This document shows, in pieces, positions 29,227 to 37,988 of a stretch of DNA of 64,000 nt. Made by a program: the position numbers and the translations under genes. This DNA comes from Enterococcus phage VRE9_4, in the sequence record PP680570.1, one strand, 5' to 3'. The notes below the pieces were generated by a model. The model searched no databases. It was not told the DNA's origin and worked only from the letters and a program-made list of their open reading frames with translations. The stretch's first letter is position 1. Each line of letters begins with the position of its first letter.

Positions 29227-29598
29227 ATGATTATTTATTATGATGAAGGTTTAGTGGAAGATTATATAGACAAAAATATCGTTAAACCTGTATTAAAATT
29301 AATTGAACAGACAATAGAAGATGCTGGTAAAGATCCTTCAGAATGGGAATTTTTGAATTTATCTATTTCTTTAAATGATACTGAATTAAAGTATATTGAG
29401 GCTTTTGGAGAAAACAAATTTTATTTTCGGTTCATGGAAGAAAATATTCATGTGTATATTCGCAATAAAGAATTGTATATCACAAAAAAGAGAAGATCTG
29501 GAATTCAGCTTTCTGATTACTTAAACGAAGAAAATATGGAGCTAACAGCAAATCAAATTAGTGATTTTTTAGAACAATATTTTAAGGAGGAAGAATAA
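29227..29598 (+). CDS. hypothetical protein (123 aa)
   Basis: ORF with RBS. Confidence 0.5.
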   Translation: MIIYYDEGLVEDYIDKNIVKPVLKLIEQTIEDAGKDPSEWEFLNLSISLNDTELKYIEAFGENKFYFRFMEENIHVYIRNKELYITKKRRSGIQLSDYLNEENMELTANQISDFLEQYFKEEE

Positions 29599-30459
29599 TT
29601 GAACACATTAAAAATGGATCATTTTGTTGCATCTAGTATTTCTGAAATCCTAGACAATGGAGTTAATTCTTTAGGAGCTCGTCCTAAATACGCCTCTGAT
29701 GGAAAAACCGCTAATAGTAAATATATAACAGATGTATTTATCAAATTTTATTTAGATAAAGGAGAGTTACCCATTAGTAGATTGCGTCCTGTATATACGG
29801 GATTAGCTAGACAAGAGCTTTTTTGGATATACCAAGATCAAACATCTGATTTACAGCCATTAAGAGATAGAGGGGTTCATTGGTGGGAAGATTGGGCTCT
29901 AGAGGATGGAACTATTGGACAACGTTACGGAGCAACAGTTAATCGCTATAATCTAATTGATAGATTAATAGAAGGGTTAGAAAAAAATCCATATAATCGT
30001 AGAAATATTATTAATTTATGGCAATATAAAGACTTAGATGAAACAGAAGGTTTAATGCCATGCGCTTTTCAAACTATTTGGGATGTTAGAGAAGTCAATG
30101 GAGAAACGTTTTTGGATATGAGTTTAATTCAACGCAGTTCAGACTTTCTTGTAGCTGGTATGGGTATTAATCAAATCCAATATGTAGCATTACAAATGAT
30201 GGTAGCTAAACATTTTGGGTGGAAAGTAGGAACTTTTTCTTGGCACGTAATGAACTTGCATATTTATGATAGATATTTTGCTCAAGCTCAAGAATTAGTT
30301 ACTAGATTTAAAAAGATGAACCAAGAGAAGCAAAAAGAAATTGAGTTTTATTTAGACGTTCCTGACAAAACTAATTTTTATGATATAAAACCAAGCGATT
30401 TTGTACTAAATGGCTATTCCTCTGTAGGAGATCAGATGAAATTTGATATGGCAATTTAA
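29599..30459 (+). CDS. thyA: thymidylate synthase family protein (ThyA / pyrimidine hydroxymethylase-like)
   Basis: Motifs NPYNRRNIINLW, catalytic Cys in LMPCAFQ (canonical is LPPCH), QRSSDFLVAGMGINQIQY (canonical is RSCDV...FNIASY). TTG start after GGAGG. Confidence 0.75.
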   Translation: MNTLKMDHFVASSISEILDNGVNSLGARPKYASDGKTANSKYITDVFIKFYLDKGELPISRLRPVYTGLARQELFWIYQDQTSDLQPLRDRGVHWWEDWALEDGTIGQRYGATVNRYNLIDRLIEGLEKNPYNRRNIINLWQYKDLDETEGLMPCAFQTIWDVREVNGETFLDMSLIQRSSDFLVAGMGINQIQYVALQMMVAKHFGWKVGTFSWHVMNLHIYDRYFAQAQELVTRFKKMNQEKQKEIEFYLDVPDKTNFYDIKPSDFVLNGYSSVGDQMKFDMAI

Positions 30460-30569
30460 TAATAAATTAAGACACCTTAAATGGTGTCTTTTTTTTGTAC
30501 TTTTTGGCTATAGGATTTTAACGTATTTGAGCTAGGGAAGTCTCAAAAAATAAAAGGAAGGTGTAAAAT

Positions 30570-30884
30570 ATGTTTAAAGAAAAAGATTTACTTATTCCAA
30601 TTGGCGTATTTACAGTCGGGGAGTCTAAAGAAGATTATATCGAAATGGACCCGTATGAAAAAGGTACTGTTGACAAGTTAAAAGAATATAATGAAAATGG
30701 CGTAGTAGAAATGACTGCAGAAGGCGAAAAGAAAGATTTTGATGGATATTCAAAAGGAGATTTCTTCTCTTTTGGAGATAAGGGATTCCCAGTAGTTCGA
30801 AGCAATGAAATTTTTACTAAACTAAATGTTGATGGACAATTACTATCATTCCCTAATCATAAACTTATGGAAGGTGATAAATAA
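30570..30884 (+). CDS. hypothetical protein (104 aa)
   Basis: ORF with AAGGAAGG RBS. Confidence 0.5.
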   Translation: MFKEKDLLIPIGVFTVGESKEDYIEMDPYEKGTVDKLKEYNENGVVEMTAEGEKKDFDGYSKGDFFSFGDKGFPVVRSNEIFTKLNVDGQLLSFPNHKLMEGDK

Positions 30885-32110
30885 TGACTCGTTTTTATAA
30901 AGGAATCGCTGGTCGTCGAGGAGCTAATCCATCAGGAGTAGTTATTCACAATGATGCAGGCTCTGTTTATGCTAATGCTGCATTTTATCGTGGATGGTTA
31001 CCTTCTCATGATGCAGAAAATGGTTTTGCTCATTATTATGTAGCTAGCGATGGAACATTCCAAGCAGAAGATGAAATGAATATGGCATGGCATACTGCAA
31101 ATTCAACTGGTAATGCGTATTATATCGGTATTGAAGCATGTCAGTCAATGGGACCAGAAAATATTTTTCGACAAAATGAAGAAAATTCTATTAAATTAGC
31201 AGCCCAAATCTTAAAGAGATATGGTTTACAACCTAATAGAAATACTGTAAAATTGCACAAGCAATTTTCACCAACTTCTTGTCCTCACCGTTCTGTTGCT
31301 TTACATGGTGATGGATACGTAATGCAAGATTATTTTATTGCTCGTATTAAATCTTATATGGGTTCTAATCCAACTCCAGCCCCAACCCCAGCACCAAGTA
31401 CTGGAACTAGAAAATATAATATTGACCTAGTTAATATCAATTCAAAAGCTTTCCAAATCAAAGGTTGGTTTACCCCAGCTAAAGCTACGAAAGGTCAAGA
31501 TATTTGGGTTTATATTATGAAAAAAGGTGGACCAGAAATTGCCCGCTTTAAAGCGAAAAAAATTCAACGTCCAGACGTTCAAAAAGCAGTTTCAAATCCT
31601 AACGGAGCAGATGTTGGTTTCCAAGTAGATGCTCCTACACCAGAAGGCGTTCTAGGGAAAGATTTTGATTTGTTGCTTCGTTACAATAACGATAACAAAG
31701 AAGAAATTCGCACTAAAGAGCATTGGAAAGCTCCTGCATTAATTAACGAAGGATATCTAGACAAAGTTGCTGGAGATGCTAAAGGTGTTACATTTGCTGG
31801 ATGGCATCTAAATACACGTCAAAAAGATGGATTTAGACATTATCTATTTGTAACTGATGCAAAAACTGGAAAAGAATATGTACGATTCGATATTACAGGA
31901 GGGTCTTACTTAGCTTCTCCAGATATCGCTAAGAAATATGGTCCAGAAATCGCTCAACGTGGTAACTGCCGCTTCCATAATTGGTGCGCATTACCAGCAA
32001 ATCATCCAGCTAGAGGTAAAACTGTTAATATTATTAGCCGTTATGCTCCTGCAAAAGAAATTGATACAAAAACTTCTACAGACAAACTGTGGGGAACTTA
32101 TAGACTATAA
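30884..32110 (+). CDS. endolysin, N-acetylmuramoyl-L-alanine amidase (Amidase_2/PGRP-type) with C-terminal cell-wall-binding domain
   Basis: N-terminal amidase motifs (VVIHNDAGS...H...C), PTPAPTPAPS linker, C-terminal roughly 230-aa binding domain. Confidence 0.8.
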   Translation: MTRFYKGIAGRRGANPSGVVIHNDAGSVYANAAFYRGWLPSHDAENGFAHYYVASDGTFQAEDEMNMAWHTANSTGNAYYIGIEACQSMGPENIFRQNEENSIKLAAQILKRYGLQPNRNTVKLHKQFSPTSCPHRSVALHGDGYVMQDYFIARIKSYMGSNPTPAPTPAPSTGTRKYNIDLVNINSKAFQIKGWFTPAKATKGQDIWVYIMKKGGPEIARFKAKKIQRPDVQKAVSNPNGADVGFQVDAPTPEGVLGKDFDLLLRYNNDNKEEIRTKEHWKAPALINEGYLDKVAGDAKGVTFAGWHLNTRQKDGFRHYLFVTDAKTGKEYVRFDITGGSYLASPDIAKKYGPEIAQRGNCRFHNWCALPANHPARGKTVNIISRYAPAKEIDTKTSTDKLWGTYRL

Positions 32111-32214
32111 AAATAAGATTAAAAATACCCTTAGAAATAAGGGTATTTTTTTGCTTTTTATAGATAAATTTGTTATAATAATAACAAATAGAATTAAAAA
32201 AGGAAGTGTTTTTA

Positions 32215-32721
32215 TTGATTTATGCTGTAGCAGCAATTGGACCAAATGGAGAGTTAGGGCTAAATAATAAATTAATTTACCATTCTTCAGAAGATATGAA
32301 AAGATTTAAAACTCTAACTTGGAATAGAAATATTTATATGGGGTATAAAACTTGGGAATCTCTGCCAGTAGAAGCATTACCCAACAGGATGAATACAGTG
32401 GTTCTGGATATGGAAAGAGGAATATCGAAAAAACTCCAGACAGCTATGAAAAACAATGACAATTTAAAAGTTATAGACGAGTCCATGTTTCTTGCTCTCT
32501 TGGAGATTCATTCATTGTCTTCAGATATTATTATAATTATTGGAGGAGGAAGATTATATTCTCAAACTCAATATTATTGGGATAGGCTTTATTTAACCAA
32601 ATTTTATGAATCAAAATTAGCAGATACGTATTTTCCAGAAATAGATTATGATAATTATACCATGAAGAGTTTCCAAAAGCAAGAAGATTGTGAATTTATT
32701 GATTTTTATCGTAAAAAATGA
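32215..32721 (+). CDS. folA: dihydrofolate reductase
   Basis: IYAVAAIGPNGELGLNNKLIYHSSEDMKRFKTLT matches the DHFR signature. Start is TTG 32215 (9 nt after AAGGAAG) or GTG 32206. Confidence 0.75.
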   Translation: MIYAVAAIGPNGELGLNNKLIYHSSEDMKRFKTLTWNRNIYMGYKTWESLPVEALPNRMNTVVLDMERGISKKLQTAMKNNDNLKVIDESMFLALLEIHSLSSDIIIIIGGGRLYSQTQYYWDRLYLTKFYESKLADTYFPEIDYDNYTMKSFQKQEDCEFIDFYRKK

Positions 32722-32756
32722 TATAATTAATATATACTTAAAAAGGAGATAATAAA

Positions 32757-33158
32757 ATGGGAAAAATTGTAGAATATATTTTAGTTAATAAAGAATTAAA
32801 TATGAGTGTTGGTAAAATCGCTGGTCAAGTTGCTCATGTACAAACAGTTATTGATAATAAAATTTTTGAATTAGTTTCATCAGAAGAAATTCTTGACGAA
32901 GATATTATGGGTATTCGTTTTGATAAAGAAAAAGAAATAACCAATAATTATTATGATTGGTTTTATTCTGGATCTCAAACAAAAATTATCTTACGAGCCA
33001 AAGAAAAAGATTTGCTTAAAGCAATTGATATGGGAGCAGTATACATTAGGGATAATGGTTTAACTGAGATTCCTTCAGGTTCATTAACAGCTGTTGGTTT
33101 TTTCCCACAACCAAAAGATAATTTAGTAGATTTTACCAAAAAATTCCAATTGTTGTAA
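32757..33158 (+). CDS. peptidyl-tRNA hydrolase, PTH2 family
   Basis: KELNMSVGKIAGQVAHV and DNGLTEIPSGSLTAVGFFP align with the PTH2 catalytic core (DLxMGKGKIAAQCSHA ... DAGRTQIAPGS.TVLGIGP). Confidence 0.6.
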   Translation: MGKIVEYILVNKELNMSVGKIAGQVAHVQTVIDNKIFELVSSEEILDEDIMGIRFDKEKEITNNYYDWFYSGSQTKIILRAKEKDLLKAIDMGAVYIRDNGLTEIPSGSLTAVGFFPQPKDNLVDFTKKFQLL

Positions 33159-33173
33159 AAGGAGATTAATATA

Positions 33174-33758
33174 GTGAAAATTATCGCATATGTTTTAATG
33201 GAAAGAACTTCCTATAACCAAACTTTTGTAAAACTCGAATTTAATTTAAAAGGTGAATTTTTGAGATGGTTAAAATTTATGGAAGAATTTGAGTCTTTAG
33301 AATTAAATAATTTACCAGATTCTAGACTAGATAATCTAATCGAAAAATGGTATCCTGAAGAAGAAGAAGATATTTGTTATGATTTTGGTTTAATTGATAA
33401 TCATGGAGAATATGTAAATTATATGTATTCAAAAGATTTCTTTATAGAAACCCATGACGGACTATATAAAAAACTTAATACTAATAGTTTAGACCAATTA
33501 GAATATTCAAAACAAGATTTAGATCTTGCATATCGAACTATTATACCAAAAGCCTTAGAGGATTATACTTCTTATGTTTTAGGATTAAATCCAACATTGG
33601 ATGGGTTAATTCAATTTGGTAAACTTCCTGATTTACACAAATTTTTCCCTTCTTTGTATTCCTCTTTAGATTTAATTTTAAAAGTGGTTGATACTTTCTT
33701 GGCAAAAGGGTACGAGGTTATCAAAAATTCTGAAGGCTGGTTTGTTAAAGTGTTTTAA
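33174..33758 (+). CDS. hypothetical protein (194 aa)
   Basis: GTG start after AAGGAGA. Confidence 0.5.
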   Translation: MKIIAYVLMERTSYNQTFVKLEFNLKGEFLRWLKFMEEFESLELNNLPDSRLDNLIEKWYPEEEEDICYDFGLIDNHGEYVNYMYSKDFFIETHDGLYKKLNTNSLDQLEYSKQDLDLAYRTIIPKALEDYTSYVLGLNPTLDGLIQFGKLPDLHKFFPSLYSSLDLILKVVDTFLAKGYEVIKNSEGWFVKVF

Positions 33759-33825
33759 TTTGATTTTTTTGGAATAAGATGATATAATATTATTATAATA
33801 AATGATAAAAAGGAGAAAAAACATT

Positions 33826-34053
33826 ATGAAGAAAACAAAATTTTATGGAGTTGTCTCTACAAGTAAAAAAGTACGTGAGGTAGTGCGAACAAAAGATTCA
33901 AAAGGACGTTGGGCTTCTGAGGTTCAAGAAATTTCTCGTCCAATTGATATTTTAGTAACTTCTGATTTTACTAATCGTATTGATGCTTTAAATGATATTG
34001 AAGCACAAGCAGCTAAATTAGGTACACTAAAATTTACTAGTGCTTTTAAATAA
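33826..34053 (+). CDS. hypothetical protein (75 aa)
   Basis: ATG 33826 with AAAGGAGAAAA RBS. The track ORF begins earlier at a non-ATG codon. Confidence 0.45.
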   Translation: MKKTKFYGVVSTSKKVREVVRTKDSKGRWASEVQEISRPIDILVTSDFTNRIDALNDIEAQAAKLGTLKFTSAFK

Positions 34054-34129
34054 CATATAATATTGAAAGGGAATTTTTATAATTCCCTTTTTACATAGAA
34101 ATATAAAAATAAAGGAGAGTGGAGTTCCA

Positions 34130-34276
34130 TGAAAATTAAACCTTCTCACAAAATGAAATTGGATGAAGTAGGAGATTACCTACAAAAGGTTTCTCGTGGA
34201 GTAGGAACTATTAAGCCAAAAAAGGGTAAAGGCTCGTATAAAAGAAAGCCTAAACATAAAGGGAAGTGGGATTAAT
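34130..34276 (+). CDS. small lysine-rich protein (48 aa)
   Basis: RBS AAAGGAGAGTGG followed by ATG. KPKKGKGSYKRKPKHKGK tail. Below the ORF-track cutoff. Confidence 0.35.
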
Positions 34277-34505
34277 GGATAAAGATATAAAATATACGAT
34301 CTCAAGTGGAGGCGAAACAATTGGTTATTGGACGCAAGAAGAATATGAAATCTGGATGGCGAAGATTCATGGTACTCACGAATACTCTGAAGAAGAACAA
34401 AGAAAAATTGAAGAAGTTAGAAAAAGATTAAATAATATATCTATGATAAAAAATAGTGATGGTAGTTATAGATTTATTAAAGAGGAGGAAAACAGTGTCG
34501 ATTAA
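34266..34505 (+). CDS. hypothetical protein (79 aa)
   Basis: ORF with GGGAAGTGGG RBS. Confidence 0.45.
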   Translation: MGLMDKDIKYTISSGGETIGYWTQEEYEIWMAKIHGTHEYSEEEQRKIEEVRKRLNNISMIKNSDGSYRFIKEEENSVD

Positions 34506-35346
34506 TTTATTATATGGTAAACCAGTAGCAGATTCAATTTATAAAGATATTCATTATCCAAATAAAAAAGTTTTGCATATTTTCCAGGTTGGAGATCTAG
34601 AGGAATCTAATCGCTATATCAAAAATAAGATTAAAAAGGCTGAATCTTTAGGTATTCCAACTCAGCTACATAAGGCTGAAACTAAAGAAAAGGTCGGTAA
34701 AATTTTAGAAGAACTTGTATCTTTGACAAAGATTCCTAATCGAGATAAAGTATCTGGTATATTTGTTCAACTTCCTTTTGAATTTGATCGCTTTATGGAA
34801 GATACATTTTTGCGTGTAATTCCCCCAGAATTTGATGTTGACGGTTTAACACATTATAATTTAGGACGTCTACTAGATGGAAGCAGAACTGACCTAAATT
34901 TTGTCCCAGCAACAGCGCATGGGGTAGTAGATATGCTAAAATATTATAACATCCCAATAGAAGGGAAAACAGTAGGTATCATTGGTCGCTCAAACTTGGT
35001 CGGGAAGCCACTTATTCCTCTTCTTTTGGAAGAAAATGCAACTGTCATTAGCATGAACTCTTATACTGATAAAAAGAATTTAGCTTCTCTTAGTAAACAA
35101 TGTGATATATTAGTGGTAGCAATTGGAAAAGCTAACTTTATAGATAGTAATTTTATTAAAGATAATGCTACTGTTATAGATGTTGGCATTAATTTTGATG
35201 AGTCTGGAAAGTTAGTTGGAGATGTAGATTCTGATTCTTTGAAAAAAGAAGGTTGGAATGGTAATCTTTCTCCAGTACCAGGTGGGGTTGGACCTTTGAC
35301 AATTGCTAATTTAATGAGAAATGTAAGTATAGGAGCGTGGAGATAA
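34495..35346 (+). CDS. folD: bifunctional methylenetetrahydrofolate dehydrogenase/cyclohydrolase
   Basis: FolD motifs: GKPVADSIY, VPATAHGVV, GIIGRSNLVGKPL, PVPGGVGPLTIANL. GTG start after AGGAGG. Confidence 0.75.
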   Translation: MSINLLYGKPVADSIYKDIHYPNKKVLHIFQVGDLEESNRYIKNKIKKAESLGIPTQLHKAETKEKVGKILEELVSLTKIPNRDKVSGIFVQLPFEFDRFMEDTFLRVIPPEFDVDGLTHYNLGRLLDGSRTDLNFVPATAHGVVDMLKYYNIPIEGKTVGIIGRSNLVGKPLIPLLLEENATVISMNSYTDKKNLASLSKQCDILVVAIGKANFIDSNFIKDNATVIDVGINFDESGKLVGDVDSDSLKKEGWNGNLSPVPGGVGPLTIANLMRNVSIGAWR

Positions 35347-35594
35347 TGATGGATTATTTTAGTACGGAGCAGGTTAAAGATATTTTATCATTAAAAGATT
35401 TACAGGGTTATACTATTGATGCTATTTTCCGAGATGATACTCCAGACCAGGGATATAATAGTTTAATCAAAGTATTTTTGGGATTAGAAAATGTTTTTAT
35501 TTGTCAAAGAAAAGATTATCTTACTAAGGAAGATTTATATTCTGATAATGCTATGGTAGAATCTATTGCCAAAAAAATTAAAGAATGCCTGTAA
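35346..35594 (+). CDS. hypothetical protein (82 aa)
   Basis: ATGATG start after a GGAG RBS. Confidence 0.45.
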   Translation: MMDYFSTEQVKDILSLKDLQGYTIDAIFRDDTPDQGYNSLIKVFLGLENVFICQRKDYLTKEDLYSDNAMVESIAKKIKECL

Positions 35595-35667
35595 AAAGGT
35601 ATTCTTTAATTGAAATTTTTAATTTAAAATGATATAATTAATTATAAAGTTAAATAAGGAGGTAAAA

Positions 35668-36120
35668 ATGATAGAGTTAGCCTCTCATATTGTAGATGTG
35701 AGTTTAGAACATAAAAAATATATTTATCACTTACAGTTACAAAAAATCACGTATTATACTGTATTACAAGGACTAAAATTAAATTTAATAGATAAAGATA
35801 CCTTTGAAGAATTATATAAATTTGAGCTTGATAGATTTACACCATCAAGGTATGGTCCTCGGTCTGAAGCTATATTTCTTCGATATGGTGTTTTTGGAGC
35901 GGAAAGGATTTTTACTAATTCTTTTAGCAATTTTTGTCTAAGGGATATGGATTTTTCCCATTTAAATCCTATTATTCTTCCTCTTTTGGAAGAACAGACA
36001 ATGGATTTATGTAGAAAAAGTATGAAAAATCCTATTTTTGAAGAACGATTTAAAGATAATAAAGAACTTAGTATTGAAGATATATTTGAACTTAGCAAAA
36101 AATATTCAGATTTGAAATAA
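35668..36120 (+). CDS. hypothetical protein (150 aa)
   Basis: Preceded by the conserved TGATATAATTAATTATAAAGTTAAATAAGGAGG promoter-leader. Confidence 0.5.
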   Translation: MIELASHIVDVSLEHKKYIYHLQLQKITYYTVLQGLKLNLIDKDTFEELYKFELDRFTPSRYGPRSEAIFLRYGVFGAERIFTNSFSNFCLRDMDFSHLNPIILPLLEEQTMDLCRKSMKNPIFEERFKDNKELSIEDIFELSKKYSDLK

Positions 36121-36173
36121 AAAATATAAAATGATATAATTAATTATAAAGTTAAATAAGGAGGAAATTTTAA

Positions 36174-36704
36174 ATGAAAAAAAGTTTAGTAGGGTTCTCA
36201 ATTGTTGCAATGTTTGGTTTAGGTTTAGTAGGATGTACTAAAGGAGAAGTTCCTGATGAACAATGGAAAAGCGAAAATTCTACTGAACAGACAGTAGAAA
36301 GTAGCACAGTAGAATCGTCTGAGCAAAAAGAACCTTATAAAAAAGATGAGGTTCAATTATCTACACTAGAACAACAAGTTTTAGATGCTTTTCAACAAAG
36401 TTTTCAATCAACAGGACCGGTTCGTTTTGATTCTGTAAACAAATATTATATTATTACACCAACAGACCCTCAATTTACGCAAGAAATGGCAGCTATCATG
36501 GATGGCACATTAAGTTTAGATGTATGGACTAATTTAGTTCAAAATGTTCAACAAACATCCTTAGGTTTACAAGATACTCTTGGTAGTGGATATACAATTA
36601 TTATTGAAAATCCATTTGAAACAGGTCAGATGTTTTTGGCGGTAAGTGATGGAAAAGTTGTTTTTGATGGTTTAACAGAATATATGACTGGTCAAAACAC
36701 ATAA
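36174..36704 (+). CDS. lipoprotein
   Basis: Signal peptide with lipobox LGLVGC (MKKSLVGFSIVAMFGLGLVGCTKG). Preceded by the conserved promoter-leader. Confidence 0.6.
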   Translation: MKKSLVGFSIVAMFGLGLVGCTKGEVPDEQWKSENSTEQTVESSTVESSEQKEPYKKDEVQLSTLEQQVLDAFQQSFQSTGPVRFDSVNKYYIITPTDPQFTQEMAAIMDGTLSLDVWTNLVQNVQQTSLGLQDTLGSGYTIIIENPFETGQMFLAVSDGKVVFDGLTEYMTGQNT

Positions 36705-36705
36705 C

Positions 36706-36734
36706 TTGAAAAAATATGAATAACATGTTATAAT
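36706..36734 (+). promoter_or_regulatory. sigma-A-type promoter (TTGAAA-17-TATAAT) driving the tRNA-like/ncRNA block
   Basis: Hexamers at 36706-36711 and 36729-36734 with exact 17-bp spacing. No ORF follows. Confidence 0.55.
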
Positions 36735-36753
36735 ATTTATATAAGATAAAGTT

Positions 36754-36829
36754 ACTTGAGTGGTCTTAAAAAGGAAAGACGCATGGTTTAATCTTCCATG
36801 AAACGTTGGTTCGAGTCCAACCTCAAGAA
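36754..36829 (+). ncRNA. tRNA-like element with non-canonical (9-nt) anticodon loop
   Basis: Acceptor ACTTGAG/CTCAAGA (6 bp, 1:72 mismatch), D-arm GTCT...AGAC, T-arm GTTGG-TTCGAGT-CCAAC. Anticodon stem CATGG/CCATG encloses TTTAATCTT. Confidence 0.4.
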
Positions 36830-36905
36830 TACCAGGACTGGCTATCCTTTCACCTTATAGCTAGAGGTTGATAAAGATAAAGTGGAATTAACCACAGTTG
36901 GCTGC

Positions 36906-37029
36906 TCCCTAGGTTAAAGAAGATACCTATTGGGTCGGGGCATAAGCTAAGTTAACTAATAAACAACTTCTTTTGGTTAGCTTTTCTCACGAGTGATTGT
37001 TGAGGTTCAATTCCTTCTTAACCTATGGG
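36906..37029 (+). ncRNA. structured RNA module: 12-bp bulged terminal helix enclosing a T-arm-like hairpin (Y-RNA-like candidate)
   Basis: CCCTAGGTTAA (36907-36917) pairs with TTAACCTATGGG (37018-37029) with one bulged A. Internal TGAGG-TTCAATT-CCTTC T-arm mimic and AAGCTAA/TTAGCTT helix. No canonical anticodon arm. Confidence 0.3.
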
Positions 37030-37090
37030 CGGGGCAACACTCTACCGGAGATAAAAATATATAATTTAGTTTAATATTCTCGAGAACGGT

Positions 37091-37189
37091 TGAGATATGG
37101 CGGAAAGGTAGACGCAAGGAGAGTCTCCCCATTGGAGACCCCTGTGCATGACGATGCAGTGTAGGTTCGAATCCTACTATCTCAGTTAA
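37091..37189 (+). ncRNA. class II tRNA-like element with disrupted anticodon region (tRNA mimic or pseudogene)
   Basis: Perfect acceptor TGAGATA/TATCTCA, Leu/Ser-type D-arm TGGCGGAAAGGTAGACGC, variable-arm hairpin TGCATGACGATGCA, T-arm GTAGG-TTCGAAT-CCTAC. Extra nucleotides between the D-stem and the anticodon-like hairpin GTCTCC-CCATT-GGAGAC. Confidence 0.3.
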
Positions 37190-37246
37190 ACAGGGACTTG
37201 AGCTAATTCATTTTAGCCAGTCCTTATCCCGAAAGGGAAAAATAAT

Positions 37247-37275
37247 TTGACATTTTAAGCATAATATGTTATAAT
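37247..37275 (+). promoter_or_regulatory. sigma-A-type promoter (TTGACA-17-TATAAT) for tRNA-Glu
   Basis: Consensus hexamers with 17-bp spacer, 32 nt upstream of the tRNA 5' end. Confidence 0.6.
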
Positions 37276-37306
37276 TATTATATAATAAAGATAAGAAATA
37301 TAAAAC

Positions 37307-37378
37307 GGCTTGTTGGTCAAGAAGTTAAGACGCTCGACTTTCACTCGGGAATCACAGGTGCAAATCCTGTACAAGTCA
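37307..37378 (+). tRNA. tRNA-Glu (anticodon TTC)
   Basis: Cloverleaf: acceptor GGCTTGT/ACAAGTC, anticodon stem CTCGA/TCGGG with loop CTTTCAC, T-arm ACAGG-TGCAAAT-CCTGT. 72 nt. Confidence 0.7.
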
Positions 37379-37466
37379 TTAACATTATTTGAAAAAAATC
37401 TTTCAAAATGTTATAATTAATATGTAAAAAGAAATAAAAAACTTATTTTAAAAGGAGAGATTCATC

Positions 37467-37859
37467 ATGGAAAAACAAACTAAAGCAGATATGTATCGTA
37501 ACGCAGCAAAATTGTTGGAAGTAAATGCTCCTGAATATGCAGAAATGTTATTGGAAGATGCTCAAAGAATTGAAGCTCGTAACGCAAGTCGTCGGAATGT
37601 TGATACTAAAGTTCAAAAAGAAAATAAACACATCGCTGCTTTAGTAATTGAGTTTTTCCATAATGATGCTGAAAATGGAATCGCTTATGACAGTGGCGAA
37701 ATTGCAAATGCTGTTGGAATCGAAGTTTCTCCTCAGAAAATGTCAGCAATTATGCGTTTAGTTGGGGATGAAGTAGATAAGGTAAATCAAGCTACTAACA
37801 ATAAAGATCATATTGGATATAAAAAGAAAGGAACTGAATTAGTTTCTGATGAAAATTAG
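37467..37859 (+). CDS. small DNA-binding-like protein, family B (paralog of 53094..53483 and 58683..59096)
   Basis: Lys-rich centre and C-terminal VSPQKMSAIMRLVGDEV...IGYKKK shared with the two paralogs (TPQKMTPRLKGLVEEG; TPQKLTAIMKPLVDNE). Confidence 0.55.
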   Translation: MEKQTKADMYRNAAKLLEVNAPEYAEMLLEDAQRIEARNASRRNVDTKVQKENKHIAALVIEFFHNDAENGIAYDSGEIANAVGIEVSPQKMSAIMRLVGDEVDKVNQATNNKDHIGYKKKGTELVSDEN

Positions 37860-37880
37860 GACAAAATGTCCTAATTAAAT

Positions 37881-37903
37881 ATCCCCATATTTTATTGGGG
37901 ATA
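37881..37903 (+). terminator. rho-independent terminator
   Basis: ATCCCCA-TATTTTAT-TGGGGAT hairpin after the stop of 37467..37859. A second short hairpin TAGGACAAAATGTCCTA lies immediately before it. Confidence 0.55.
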
Positions 37904-37906
37904 CAC

Positions 37907-37981
37907 CAGGGTATAGGAGAATTTGGTTAATCCGCTGCATTTGGGATGCAGAGATTGTTGGTTCAAATCCAGCTACCCTGA
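37907..37981 (+). tRNA. tRNA-Pro (anticodon TGG)
   Basis: Acceptor CAGGGTA/TACCCTG with C1:G72 (typical of bacterial tRNA-Pro), anticodon stem CTGCA/TGCAG with loop TTTGGGA, T-arm GTTGG-TTCAAAT-CCAGC. Confidence 0.75.
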
Positions 37982-37988
37982 TTGAAAC

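Noticed and set aside
36700-37250. Possible tmRNA (ssrA) in the long non-coding gap with tRNA-like ends
   Set aside because: I found no tmRNA-type 5' acceptor half (GGGG...), no tag-peptide reading frame ending in a resume-stop context, and no CCA-proximal GGACG...T-arm arrangement. The T-arm-containing elements are better explained as separate tRNA mimics.
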